Source of the DNA: Raillietiella orientalis
Taxonomy: Eukaryota
DNA: 64,000 bases
Direction of reading: 5' to 3'
Assembly (NCBI GenBank): GCA_036172245.1
Contig: JAYWIR010000005.1
Location: 62,001 to 126,000 of the forward strand
Position numbers and translations under genes: made by a program. This document shows positions 23,237-33,874 of this stretch, in pieces (position 1 is the stretch's first letter; every line of letters starts with the position of its first letter). The notes beneath the pieces are model-generated. The model saw only the letters and a program-made list of their open reading frames with translations. It did not search any database and had not been told where the DNA came from.

Positions 23237-25185
23237 TTACAGAGATGCAGTTTCCATTTGCGTTATGCAGTGTACATGGAGTCGTAAGTTAAGCCCTTGT
23301 AAGCCCTGTAAGTTAAGCCTTTGTATTACTACCTCGAAGGCATCAGCCAAGTTCTGAAATCAAATCTGACTTTGAAATGCCTGAAGTTTTCTTACACTGT
23401 TCGTCTTTCATCGACGTCTTATCTCGTGTAGGTTACGTCCCTTGTGAATGGAGCAATCCAGATCGTTTTGAGAAAGAAAAAACCAACCTCTGGTTTAATA
23501 AGTAAGTTTTTTTTTCTTCTTCTTCTCTTCTTTCATTGAAAAGTATCGTTTGAAAGTAAGGGGTATCTTATTTTCAAGAAAATGATCGTGTGAGCTTTCC
23601 ACAGTCTAGTGACACGCAGCGTGCAAGACCCAAGTCTTGTTGTACGTGTAAATATCATCATCATTAGTTTCAGCTTCTGCAAACGACACTCCTGTCAATG
23701 TGTTTGCATGCCGACTCACTGTAAGAACATGAATGGGTCGCCCCTGCAGGCTAAACCAACTTAGATCTGAAAACTGTGTAAGGAGGCAGAAAGTTGAGGC
23801 ACCGATGCTGAGTAACGTCGAGTGTGCCTGACTACCCTTTTCCAGAAGATCATGAGACCGTATTCGGCTGCGTGACCTGATGGTAAAATCCATGCAGAGT
23901 GACATACCAGGGGGACGTCTATGAAAGAACAGAGCACATGTCTGTTTGTTTTTTGTAGACAACTCCCCTTTATTCTTTCATCATTGCAGGTGAGACAGCG
24001 ATTGGAAGCAAAGAGGCAGGCATGATGATTTTTTCCGTTGACTTGCTTGTCTTATGTGTTTGCGTGTTTTTTTTTCTCTCTTATTTTTGTTCCTTTGCTT
24101 GAGAGCTGCGCTTGCAGGAAATACTGCCATCCAAGGGGAGATTTTCATGTGGAATAAGAGCCACATCATGACCTGTTCTGTGAAATAAAAGGCTTGAAAA
24201 CAGCTAACAATAACTTTGGTGGTTTTGTATGGAATGCTTTGGAAACATTTGTAAAGAAAAAAAAAATCCATTAGATGTATATATTTGAGACTAGCATTAA
24301 AATACTTATTTCTTTAACAGATATACTTCCGCCTTTGGCCGAAATGAAAGATGGGATGACAGCAGGGACTTTCATTTTACAAATACTTGCAGGACCTTTG
24401 AGGATATGAACTGGAATTATTAGTAAAAAAATTTTATTTTATAGTGATAGTGAAAAGTGAAAAGAAAAACAGCTCTGTGTATTAGGAGAAAGCGAATGCA
24501 GGACCATTACAAGAAACCGAAACTCTGACCTTCGATCGTTGTTATCTTTCAGAACGTCAGGAATCGTAATTAATTCTTGTTTAAAATCGCAGTAGTACAA
24601 AGCATCAAAGTCACGGGGTATCTTCCAGGCTGGCTTCTGGGGAGCCACATCCCGAGCAAAATCTCGAAACTTGTCCAGGTTCACACTGAACCCCAGGCGA
24701 GAAATGCAGGAGACCTGATACGCCAGTTGAGGATGCGCGACACCAGATCAAATAGGGATTCTTTTTCTCACGTAGTAGCTTTCGTTCTTGATCTTCGCCG
24801 AATCGCAGATTCCGGAAATTTTTGAGTTCTCCGATTCGCAGATTCATCTTAGCGGTTACTTGGCACGCAAAGTTTGGCATCATCTCTTATGCAACGAGAA
24901 TTTCAGCGTTTACTCCGCACCAATGGCTCACGCCTCAACGCACACCCATTCGTGCACCACGAAAGAGGAGAAAGTTTGGTGCTACGATGTTAGCTTCATT
25001 CTGTTTTGTTTCGACTGGTGACCAAGGCCATTTTCTTCACTCAGATGAGACGACATCGGTCAATGATTTGCTTCATCAGGACGTGAACATCTCACAAGCA
25101 CCGGAGATTGTTCTTCAGGAAAAAGCGATTCTTCAGCAAGAAAATTTTGCTAACGAGCTGAGGGAATGAGAGATCCGATCTGACA

Positions 25186-25790
25186 GCGGGTGCCTCCGTC
25201 GACCGGCCGGAATTGAAAGCTGGCCCTCCGGGGTCCTTCCAGGAATAAAAAGGAGCCCTTCGGGATTCCCCTCCGGTTAGGCAAACGGAGCTGCCCGAGG
25301 GGGGAGGGGGCGAACCTTCCATCTCTTACCATGCAGCTGGTGGATTTATCTCTCTCCAGAGTGCGAAGAAGCGTGCTGCTCCCTTCGTCGAGCTTCAAAG
25401 AAATTGGGAAAGCGTCCCTTCGGGGTTCTCTCCAGAAAAGGAAGCAAGGAGAGGTCCCTCCTGCTGGCGAGAAGAAATTCCCGGAGCGGATCCCTTCCCG
25501 GTTCCCTCCGAAGGAGAAACGAGGAGCGACTCCCCCCGGGGTCCGTTCGGGCGACCACTCAGGAGGGAACAGGGAAGAGGTTCCCTAGAAAGCATGGGAG
25601 GAGACGCTTCCTCCTCTGGAACCTTCCTGGAACCATGGGGTGGTCCCCTCCTGGGGTACCCCCTATCTCGAAGAGTTACTACATGCACCCTCGGGTGGCG
25701 CAGGCAGTGTCAAAGAACCACCCCCATCCCTCTCCCCCAAGGAGTCGAACGGTTCTTTAGCACTTGGCGAACCCCAAAAAAAAAAAAAAC
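25186..25790 (+). mobile_element. SINE-like copy E, headless
   Basis: CCCTCCGGGTCCTTCCAGGAA, CCCTTCGGGGTTCTC, CACCCTCGGGTGGCG, CGGTTCTTTAGCACTTGGCGA followed by an A-run. Confidence 0.78.
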
Positions 25791-25975
25791 GAGAACAACG
25801 AACCAGAAAAGATCGTCCCATGAAGAATTCCCCACAAGAACCGTGCTTGTAGATTTCCCACACACGGCTCCACAATAATAGCGTTCACGATGTATCTCCT
25901 ATGTATATAAAGAAAAGCATATTTTTGGCTTTGGAGTGGATTGACTTGTGTGTAATACTTGTTCCCAATTCGTGC

Positions 25976-26020
25976 TCTTTTTCTGGCTATGCCGGATAAA
26001 CCGGCATAGCCAGAAAAAGA
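25976..26020. repeat. Perfect 20-bp inverted repeat with a 5-nt loop upstream of the IS630 ORF
   Basis: TCTTTTTCTGGCTATGCCGG-ATAAA-CCGGCATAGCCAGAAAAAGA. Confidence 0.95.
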
Positions 26021-26081
26021 CAGCCCTTCTCATAATAGTCCAAAAGAGGTAAGGTAAGGATTTATAGTAGTGAAGGTAAAG

Positions 26082-26665
26082 ATGCCAGCAGCATATAGGT
26101 ATGTCTTCAGAAAAAAAGCAATGGAAGCTTCGGATGAAGGAGAAAGCACAGCAGATGTTGCCAAAAGGTTTAAAATTGGCGAGACAGCTATATATGAGTG
26201 GAGAAGAAGACGTAAGGGAACAGGAGATTTTCAGTCAAGAAAGCCTGGAAGCGTGAGTTATAATCATAAAATTACTGACTGGGATGTATTTGCTGAATTT
26301 GCAAAAGAGCATGGTGGCAAAACTCAATCGGAGATGGCCAAACTTTGGAGCCATATCAGCAGGCAGACAATTCATCGAGCACTTAAAATCATGGGATGCA
26401 CAAGAAAAAAAAGACCTACGGATATAAAGAAAGAAGTGAGGAAAAGCGAGCTCAATTTGTAAAGATTGTAGCAACAAGAAATCCTGATGATCTCGTGTAC
26501 ATCGATGAATCAGGAATAGACAACACTGAAGATTACGCTTATGGATATTGTAGAAAAGGAGAGAGGTTTCCTGCACTAAAATCTGGAGTGAAAAGTCAGC
26601 GCATTAGTATGATTGCAGCGTCAAATAAAAAGAAAATAATTGCCTCGATGACCTTTGGAGGACAT
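26082..26665 (+). mobile_element. IS630-family transposase, 3'-truncated; two ORFs joined by a -1 frameshift at the A8 run (26405-26412)
   Basis: ORF1 is MPAAYRYVFRKKAMEA..VAKRFKIGETAIYEW..KITDWDVFAEFAKEHGGKTQSEMAKLW..TRKK (HTH). The -1 frame continues KTYGYKERSEEKR..LVYIDESG (first catalytic Asp)..QRISMIAA. It closely resembles Wolbachia IS630 proteins as I recall them. Confidence 0.88.
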
Positions 26666-26912
26666 TAGACTTCTCTCAAAATTCATATAGGGAGCTTTCA
26701 AAATTGTGAACAGCAGCAATCAAATTAAATCTTAAACCAAAACGTTTTCGTCTATTTCCATATCTGTCAGAGATGATTTCAAATCTTTTCAACAAGCCAA
26801 TTGAGTTTTCAACTATCACCCTTTGGCTAGAAAGAGCTCTGTTCTCTTTTTTTTGTTCTTTGTTCAATGGATTCTTTTTCGTTTTCCTGTGCGGTAATTC
26901 AACATTTTTTGT
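26666..26912 (-). mobile_element. IS5-family (ISL2-group-like) transposase C-terminal fragment with its terminal repeat
   Basis: [68 protein letters not shown]. It ends in a TAGACTTCTCTCAAAA terminal-like sequence that cuts off the IS630 ORF. Confidence 0.82.
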
Positions 26913-26916
26913 GTAC

Positions 26917-27255
26917 TGTGGAGTTGTGGTTAAAGCTCAAATTCACGCAGGTGGCAGAGGTAAAGCTGGTGGTGTGAGGCTGGCAAAGTCGGCTGAAGAA
27001 GCTAAGCAGTTTGTAAAGTCTATGCTGGGCATGACTTTGATTACTCACCAAACAGGGTCAAAGGGGCAGCAAGTAAGGAGAGTATACATTGAGGAAGGCT
27101 CAAGCATTTACAAAGAGTGTTATTTAAGTTTGGTACTTGATCCAAAGCTCAGTAGACCAACATGCAGATTTTCCTCAGAAGGTGGAATGGATATTGAAGA
27201 AGTTGCAAAAAATTCTCCTACGAAAATTGTAAAATTTGATATTGATTATATCTGA
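26917..27255 (+). pseudogene. sucC: Bacterial succinyl-CoA synthetase beta subunit internal fragment
   Basis: [96 protein letters not shown]. It lacks the N-terminal ~40 aa and the C-terminal half, has no introns, and is of alphaproteobacterial (Wolbachia-like) type. Confidence 0.9.
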
Positions 27256-27260
27256 ATTGT

Positions 27261-27703
27261 CTGGACAGCAGTGTGTGGGATCAAAAGGGTGTGCTTTTGG
27301 TGGGCTTTATGGAGCCTGGAATAACCATCGCTTCGCGAGTCCACTGTGAAACACTTTCCAAATCTCGGCGTGCCATTGAGGACCGACAGCTGAGATCAGG
27401 AATTCTCCTTCACGACAACGCGCGCCCACAGACTGCTGTCCGCGCACTCCAGACAATTCGGAAATTCCAATGGGAACTTTTCGATCACCCTGTCCTGACC
27501 TCGCGCCCACCGACCACCACGTCTTCCCGCACCTGAAGAAGTGGCTCAACGATTCGAGGGGGAAGGCGAGGAGTGGAAAACTGCGGTGCTGCTGAACCGA
27601 CTGAACTCCCAGGCGGCGGAATTCGATGCAAAGGGTTCCAAAAACCTCCTTCCACGGTATCAGAAGTGCTTGGGGAAAAAATGGGCACTACGTAGAAAAA
27701 TGG
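27261..27703 (+). mobile_element. Degenerate mariner (Tc1/mariner DD34D) transposase C-terminal fragment
   Basis: WDQKGVLLVGFMEPGITI..HCETL..RRAI..GILLHDNARPQTA..FQWELFDHP, then after frameshifts FPHLKKWL..QRFE..LNSQAAEFD..PRYQKCL..NGHYVEK. Confidence 0.9.
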
Positions 27704-28128
27704 CATGGGAATGTACGTATTTCGAACCACCAAGACATTATTTTTGTTTCTCTTGTTTTGTTCTTCCTTTATGTCCGATCGGCCCTTGCTTTTGAGATGC
27801 GTCTCGTACTTTTCGTTTGAAAAAAAAAAAAATGCGTACTTGAATGCTGCTGCTCGCCCTTTTGCGCCTTATAATCTCCTAATAATCTCTGGAGCTTGAA
27901 TTCTGTCTCAGAACTAATCATTTCAAAGATTCCTGCTAAGTGTGTTGCAACGCTCTTGTTTGAAATCGGACTATCCTCTGTCCGTTAAACGCACGCGCAT
28001 CCCATGTTCAGCTGCTCGGTACCAGGACACCTCCCTCACAGTCGATTTCCATAATCCTGTAAATCACGTGCATGCCGAGTTCCGAATGCTTTTTATTTCC
28101 TGCCGCTCACTGTGACTTCCTTCCGCTT

Positions 28129-28872
28129 GCCCGCGTCGGAGGCCGTGCGGCTGCTGAGGTCCCCGCGCGTGGCACCACCAAGCGCCGCGGGTTCGAATAC
28201 TCCAAAATGAATCGACGCAGTGCGTCACGGTTCGAGTTCATCCCGCGAGATGACGCTGCTTGGCCTCCATTCATTCGGGTACGGCACCAGTAGCTGTTCG
28301 AACCGGAGGCCCCCGACGAGGAGGGCCGGGACAATCGAAGTTGACCCTCCGGGATCCTTCCAGGAAGCAGAATGAAGGGGAGTTTCCCTCCAGTTGCGCA
28401 AAGGAGCATACCCCATTCCGGAGAGACCCTCCACGGAGTAGGTGTGTCGCCACCTCTCCAGAGAGTACAGAGAAATGTGCCGATCCCTTCGGGCAGCGCC
28501 ATTCAGAGAAATTTTGGAAATGTCCCTTCGAGGTTCTCTTCAGTGGAGGAAACAGGGAGCGGTTCCCTTGCGGGACCCCTCCGGAGAAGAAAAAATGGAG
28601 CAGATTCCCCCAGTGTCCCTTCCGGAGAGCCTAAGGAAGGAAATTCCCTTCGGGGTTCCTTTCGGAGACAACCCGGATGGAGGTGATCTCCATTTCCGGG
28701 GAACCCTCTCCAGGTGTGAGAGGAACGGACTCCCTCCTACGGGGAGCCCTTCCTGGATTCATAGGGCGGACCCCTCCCCTGCCCCTATCTTGAAGAATTA
28801 CACGCACCCTCGGGTTGCGTGGAACCGTGTCGAAGAGCTGAGAAGACAGAAAAGAAAGGATTTCCATCATCC
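28129..28872 (+). mobile_element. Full-length SINE-like copy F with a ~44-bp flanking direct repeat
   Basis: Same head, body and tail as copy H. 28085-28128 and 28873-28916 match at 40/44 positions. Confidence 0.85.
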
Positions 28873-29691
28873 AATGCTTTTTACTTCCTGCCGCTCTCTG
28901 TTACTTCCTTCCGTTTTTCGTTGTCGCCGGCTCCAATAGGCGGAAGTGCTCGTAGAATTGGAAACATCGTGTCCTCAAATTAAAGCGCCGGAGCACACCG
29001 TTGCTTATCCTAGGGTGTCAAACCTTACCTTCCCTGGCCTATCTCTCATCATATGCCACTCGCTCTGGTTGGATCGTGTTCTTTCTTTTTCTTTCTTTCT
29101 TTCCAGTCTCGAAATCACTCCTCCATTGAGATCGCATCACGTTCTTGTAGGGGACCAGTGAGGCATCTGAAATTCGACCCCCCACTTTGGCATCTTTACG
29201 AATGGTTTGGTCTCATCCTTTCGATCTCGTCCTCTCTTTCCGAGCTGCCAACACCCCGCTTGCAGATTGGCAATTCCTTTTTGTAAACCGCTGCAATTTT
29301 GCATCCCTGCGGTTATTTGCTAATTGGCATATCCAGATTGAAACTTGCTTGCTGCAGCGGTCCTCGCCTGAAGGTCTCGCCCTCCAGACGCTTATCTAAA
29401 AGGAAAGTTATCAGGTGGTATGCAAAAGCGATCAAGCACTGAGATGCTCTTTTTCTTCTTGCGCTGGAGAGACGTACGCTTGTTTTTTATACCATGGATC
29501 GGACACGTCATTTGTCGACTGCCTCTGAGCAGGCCGGAACATGCTGTACACCTCCAGTGTTGTCACGAAGTACGACTGTTGTGTTTGTTATAAAATTGCG
29601 TTTGTTTTATAAAAATTGAATTATGTTTAGTGAAATAGACAAAGTATATCTTACATTTTTACTTTAAAAAAATTTATATTAAGATCCCGAA

Positions 29692-30500
29692 ATGGAAAGA
29701 GGCATTGCTCGTTCTGGTCGAAAAGAAAAAAGAGAGTGCAATAAGAATCGAATCGAAAATGAGGAAACTGATAGCAAATGCAGCGATGTTACTGTACCAT
29801 TTCGCAAAAGGTGTAGAGTATTAGATAGTGAACATGATGGTAGCGCAGACAGTGGTATAATTTTATACGAGGAAGATGAAAGCATAGCTGAATAAATTTT
29901 GAAGAATGAAGAAAATCGTACTAAAAGTATGGCAATATTGCAGAATTCCTGGAAAACAAAAATCCATTTTAGATTCATTAGATGAAAATGTCACGCCTTT
30001 AGAAATGGTAATTGCCATATTGAAAGAAGATTTTGGGGAGGGGGGAGGGATTATAGCCATGGAAACGAATCGTTATGCAAAGCAAGTGATGAGTGAAGGT
30101 CGCGGATTGAAAAAAAATTGAAAACAAGTTGGAGAGAGACTAATGTACATGAAATGAAAGCATACTTTGCTTTGTGTATTTTGCTGACGCAAGTGAAAAA
30201 ATCCATACAGAACTGTAAGTCAAAAAGGGCTGTAATTGAGCCTCCAATATACCGCAATGCCTTCGGGGAGATTCATGCAACTGACTCGGTTTTTACATTT
30301 TACTAATAATGGAGTTGTGGATAAAAATGATCGCCTAAACAAAGTTAGGAGTAGAACTGATTATTTAAATAATAAATTTGAATATATTTACACTCCTGAA
30401 AAAGATTTATCACCCGATGAGTCTCTAATGAAATACAAGGGTCGCTTATCCTATAAGCAATTCAGTCCATCAAAACGAGCTCGTTTTGGAGTAAAATTTA
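29692..30500 (+). mobile_element. Degenerate piggyBac-family (PGBD4-like) transposase, N-terminal half
   Basis: Acidic N-terminus, then ETNRYAKQ..WRETNVHEMKAYFALCIL..MPSGRFMQLTRFLHF..DRLNKVR..YTPEKDLSPDESLMKYKGRLSYKQFSPSKRARFGVKF. Contains stops and frameshifts; no TTAA/TIR was seen. Confidence 0.85.
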
Positions 30501-31039
30501 CAATAAAATTCTTAATAAGGATTTCCAATATATTGTTAATTTTGTCAATATTTATTTCAGTAGTCTACCTATTTTTTGCTTGCAATATGCTCGAAATTTC
30601 AATGGAAACGATTTCAATTTGTAAACCACACATCGATCAAGACGGGTTGGAAGCGGGTATTGATCGATAAATCTCCAGAGCAAGAGGTCATGGAAGCCTC
30701 GCGCGCGCTGAGGCTCAGGCGAGGTCAGGTCACGCGCTCACGGTTCGAAGCGCTTTCGTTTTCGTCTCTCGTCACTTGGCAACACTGATTCTGGACTTGC
30801 TCGGTGCAGAGACGCGCCTTTATGAGTTTTTTGAATGGAAGGGAAGATCCGATCTCTTGCTCAAGAGTTGATTGGAGTAATGGAGCTCTCATCCGTATTC
30901 CTGGCAAGCAGCTTTCACTATTCCAAGTTGTGTTACCTTTGTCGCGAATTTTCTTGTGTGGTCTCCATCCGCAAATTTTGTTTCTCTCCGTTTCCAAAGA
31001 AATCCACTGATCTCATTCTCGAACTTGGTTTGTGTGTCT

Positions 31040-33874
31040 TTTTTCTTTTTTTTTTCCCAGGTCCCACAAGGGGTGGGGTAAATTTATTTTCATTTTTTTA
31101 ATATCATTCACACTACAGTCACATTCATACAATACACTACTTGTTCTGTATTCACTGGAAGTCCTTGGGATTCACTGAAGTTCTGCACTTAGGGTGGGTA
31201 TGTGGGTGTTTGGTCCCGGGCGTCGTCTTCAATCCTCTTAAGGATGAGTCTGTACGTCCAGGCTGCTCGTCTTCCACAATTTCTTATGCCGATTTCCTTC
31301 TTCAGGAGTCCTTGCAGGATCTCCATCGGAGGTGCGGCTCTCCTGGCTTTCCTCATCTTCCACCACCGCACCAGAATGGCAGTGATGAAGAGGGCAATGG
31401 TCGTCCTCACCATGGGATTGTAACAGGGAACATTACCATCTCCCTGAAACATCCCGGCTAGGATCTCCATCGTGGAACTGGTGGTGCGTCCAATGATCCG
31501 TTTAAGGATGGGGACACGTCAGGATGTGAAGTCTGGTATCCGTGTCTCCACATGCTGGGCAGTCTTCGTCTCCTCTTCTTCTTGTGAAGTACTCTAGTCT
31601 GGACCCGCTCAGGATTCCTCCGTGATAAAACATCAGGAGATTGTCCTGGCTGTCCGGCGGAAGGTCACTCCTCCATAGGGTCGTGCCGATCGCCAACAGG
31701 TTGATCCTGTTGCTTCCGTAGCGATCGGCGGCTTCCTGGAGGGTACTGGTGTCTTCATCTTGATCCTTTATCACTCTTCGGAGGTTTGTTTTGGTTACCC
31801 TGGACCACGCAAAGTCATCGTGGTTTATCCACACTTCGCGGGTCCGGTGGGTGAACCTACCTAGCATCTTCTCGATATACCGAAGTATACGAGCATGATG
31901 TAGGTGGCCTCCTTTTCTCCATTCCTGGATTCGTTGCAAGGTAACTCTGTGCCGCCGGTAGATCCATCCTCGGGTATCGTCCGGGACCGGAAGCATCCAA
32001 GGGATCACGAGGATGGACTCCTGTTGCCAGAGTTCCCTGCTTCTTGGCACGATCTTGATCTTGTACTTTCGTACCAGCAGTTGTTTCCTCCTCCAGGTCG
32101 GGTCGATGGTCATCCACTCCCCTACTCGGCCTAGCAGCGCAGTCATCAGACCTTTCGAGTTGTTAAGCAACATCGAGTAGGCCCTATGCGCGGCGTACGG
32201 CCAGTCGTCCCATTGTTCGGCGATATCCAGGATGTGTCGCGTGTCCATGATTGCCATGGAGTGTGCAAGCGACTTCATCCCGGTTCCACCTTCTTCTTTG
32301 GGACGACATAGGGGTTTCAAAAGAACTCTTGGGCGATATTTGCCCCATAATGTCTTCCTTTGCAGTTTTTCCAGCTCCCTCGAGGTGTCCCTTTTCACTC
32401 TCGCAAAGGCCGCCCCGAAGAGCACCTTAGGAAGGAGGACTCCATTCCAGAGGTTGGCCTAGCGTTTCATTCCAAGGTCCTGTCGGGTGTACTTCGCTGC
32501 CTCTTTCGCCGTTTTCCCCAGGGTTTCATCCCATAAAAGCTTCGACGCAGGGCCGTCAATTTAGACTCCCAGGTATTTGGCTGTGTCCACCGTTCGGAAT
32601 CCTCTCCCCGTGAGGACGGAGAGGTCCAGGATTCCGACGGACAAAAGTTGGCTTTTCCTTACATTGATCTTTAATCCTAGTCCTTTTTCCATGAGCGTCA
32701 CCACTTCCAGGAACGCACGCTGATTTCGTTCTCCTTTGATGAAGAAGAGAAGGTCATCAGCGTACGCCAGGTGGGTGAGCCGCTGGTCGTCGATCTGGAT
32801 GCCTTGGAGGCATCCACTCTTCTCGATGTACGAGGACAGCGCCTCCATGTAAATAACGAACAGCATAGGACTTAGCGAGTCGCCCTGGCGGACTCCTCGT
32901 TCCATCCTAATTGCTGTGGTTTCTTCGCCGTTGATCTTGATTCGGCAGTACTGGTTCTCGAGTACCAATCTCACGAAGGTGCTGAAGTATTCCGGAAGGC
33001 CCAGCTTGTCCAGAATCTTCAGCAGCATCCCATGGTCGATGGAGTCGAAAGCCTTCTCCATGTCAGTGAACACCAGCACCAGGTCCTCGCCGACGTACCG
33101 GCTGAGTCCCACGGTGGCCTGGGCACACTTGACATTGTCCAACATGTGGCGTCCGGGCACCGCACATGTTTGGACCGGAGAGATGAGCTTCGGCATGACC
33201 TTGCCTAAGCGGTTGGACCAGATCTTCGCCAACCATTTGGCATCGGAGTTTAGGACGGAGATTGGCCTCCATTGGGCGACCTGCGTGAGGTCGCCACCTT
33301 TCGGCAACAATCTCATCCGACTCTCGTAGAAGGACTCGGGTAGTCTTCCTTCTTCACGGATGCAAAGGGTGAGCTGATGGAACAAGCGCAGGTAGGCGTG
33401 CAGGTACCGCTGATAGTGCGTGATGGGTACACTGTCAGGGCCCGCTGCCACGTCCTTCCGCAGTTGCCCAAAAGCCGTTTTCACCACATCTTCGGAGAAA
33501 TCCTCCTCCAGTTTGTCTCTCTGGAGATCGCTTGTCCTCTTCTCGAGGTAGCTCAGGAAAGTTCTCTGCATAGACTTGCATGTGTGTTGCCGTCGGAAGT
33601 GTTCTTCGTAGTGCTGATGGAATGCTCCCACGATGTCTTCCGACGTGTGCCGTTTCTGGCCGCCGTACTGGATGCAGAAGATGTCTGTCGCCAGATTCTT
33701 CTTTTCCAGCACGCCGACCTCCCCTTTCACATTGTTGAAGACGTACCGACTCTCGTACTGATCGTAGTACTTGGAGAGGGAGCGGTCTTGGATGTTGAGC
33801 TCCTGGTACCTTTTTTCTTTCCTTTTTTCTTTCTGCCACCCCGTTACGGAAAGCAGTCGATGTCTTCGCGACAT
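31040..33874 (-). mobile_element. 5'-truncated non-LTR retrotransposon, Tx1/L1 clade (RT + zf-RVT), inactivated
   Basis: RT motifs WRPISVLNSDAKWLAK, DMEKAFDSIDH, GVRQGDSLSPMLF, LAYADDL, KYLGV. In-frame stops at ~32561 and ~32460; zinc knuckle CPACGDTDTRLHILTCP; frameshift ~31500; stop 31189; A-rich tail ~31040-31100. No endonuclease domain is present. Confidence 0.93.

Larger units (their letters stand above)
25976..27255. other. Wolbachia-like bacterial DNA insert (nuwt) made of IS630, IS5 and sucC fragments
   Basis: Three contiguous intronless AT-rich bacterial gene fragments lie between a host SINE tail (ending ~25790) and a mariner remnant (starting ~27260). The left boundary is approximate. 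Confidence 0.8.

Noticed and set aside
23620..23765. Cys-rich CXC-like peptide (SCCTCK..CKRHSCQCVCMPTHCKN)
   Set aside because: It needs a frameshift, is short and has no supporting exons.
25900..27300. Window being bacterial or a contaminant contig
   Set aside because: The bacterial genes are fragments within spliced eukaryotic genes and eukaryotic TEs. A local chimeric assembly still needs a read-level check.
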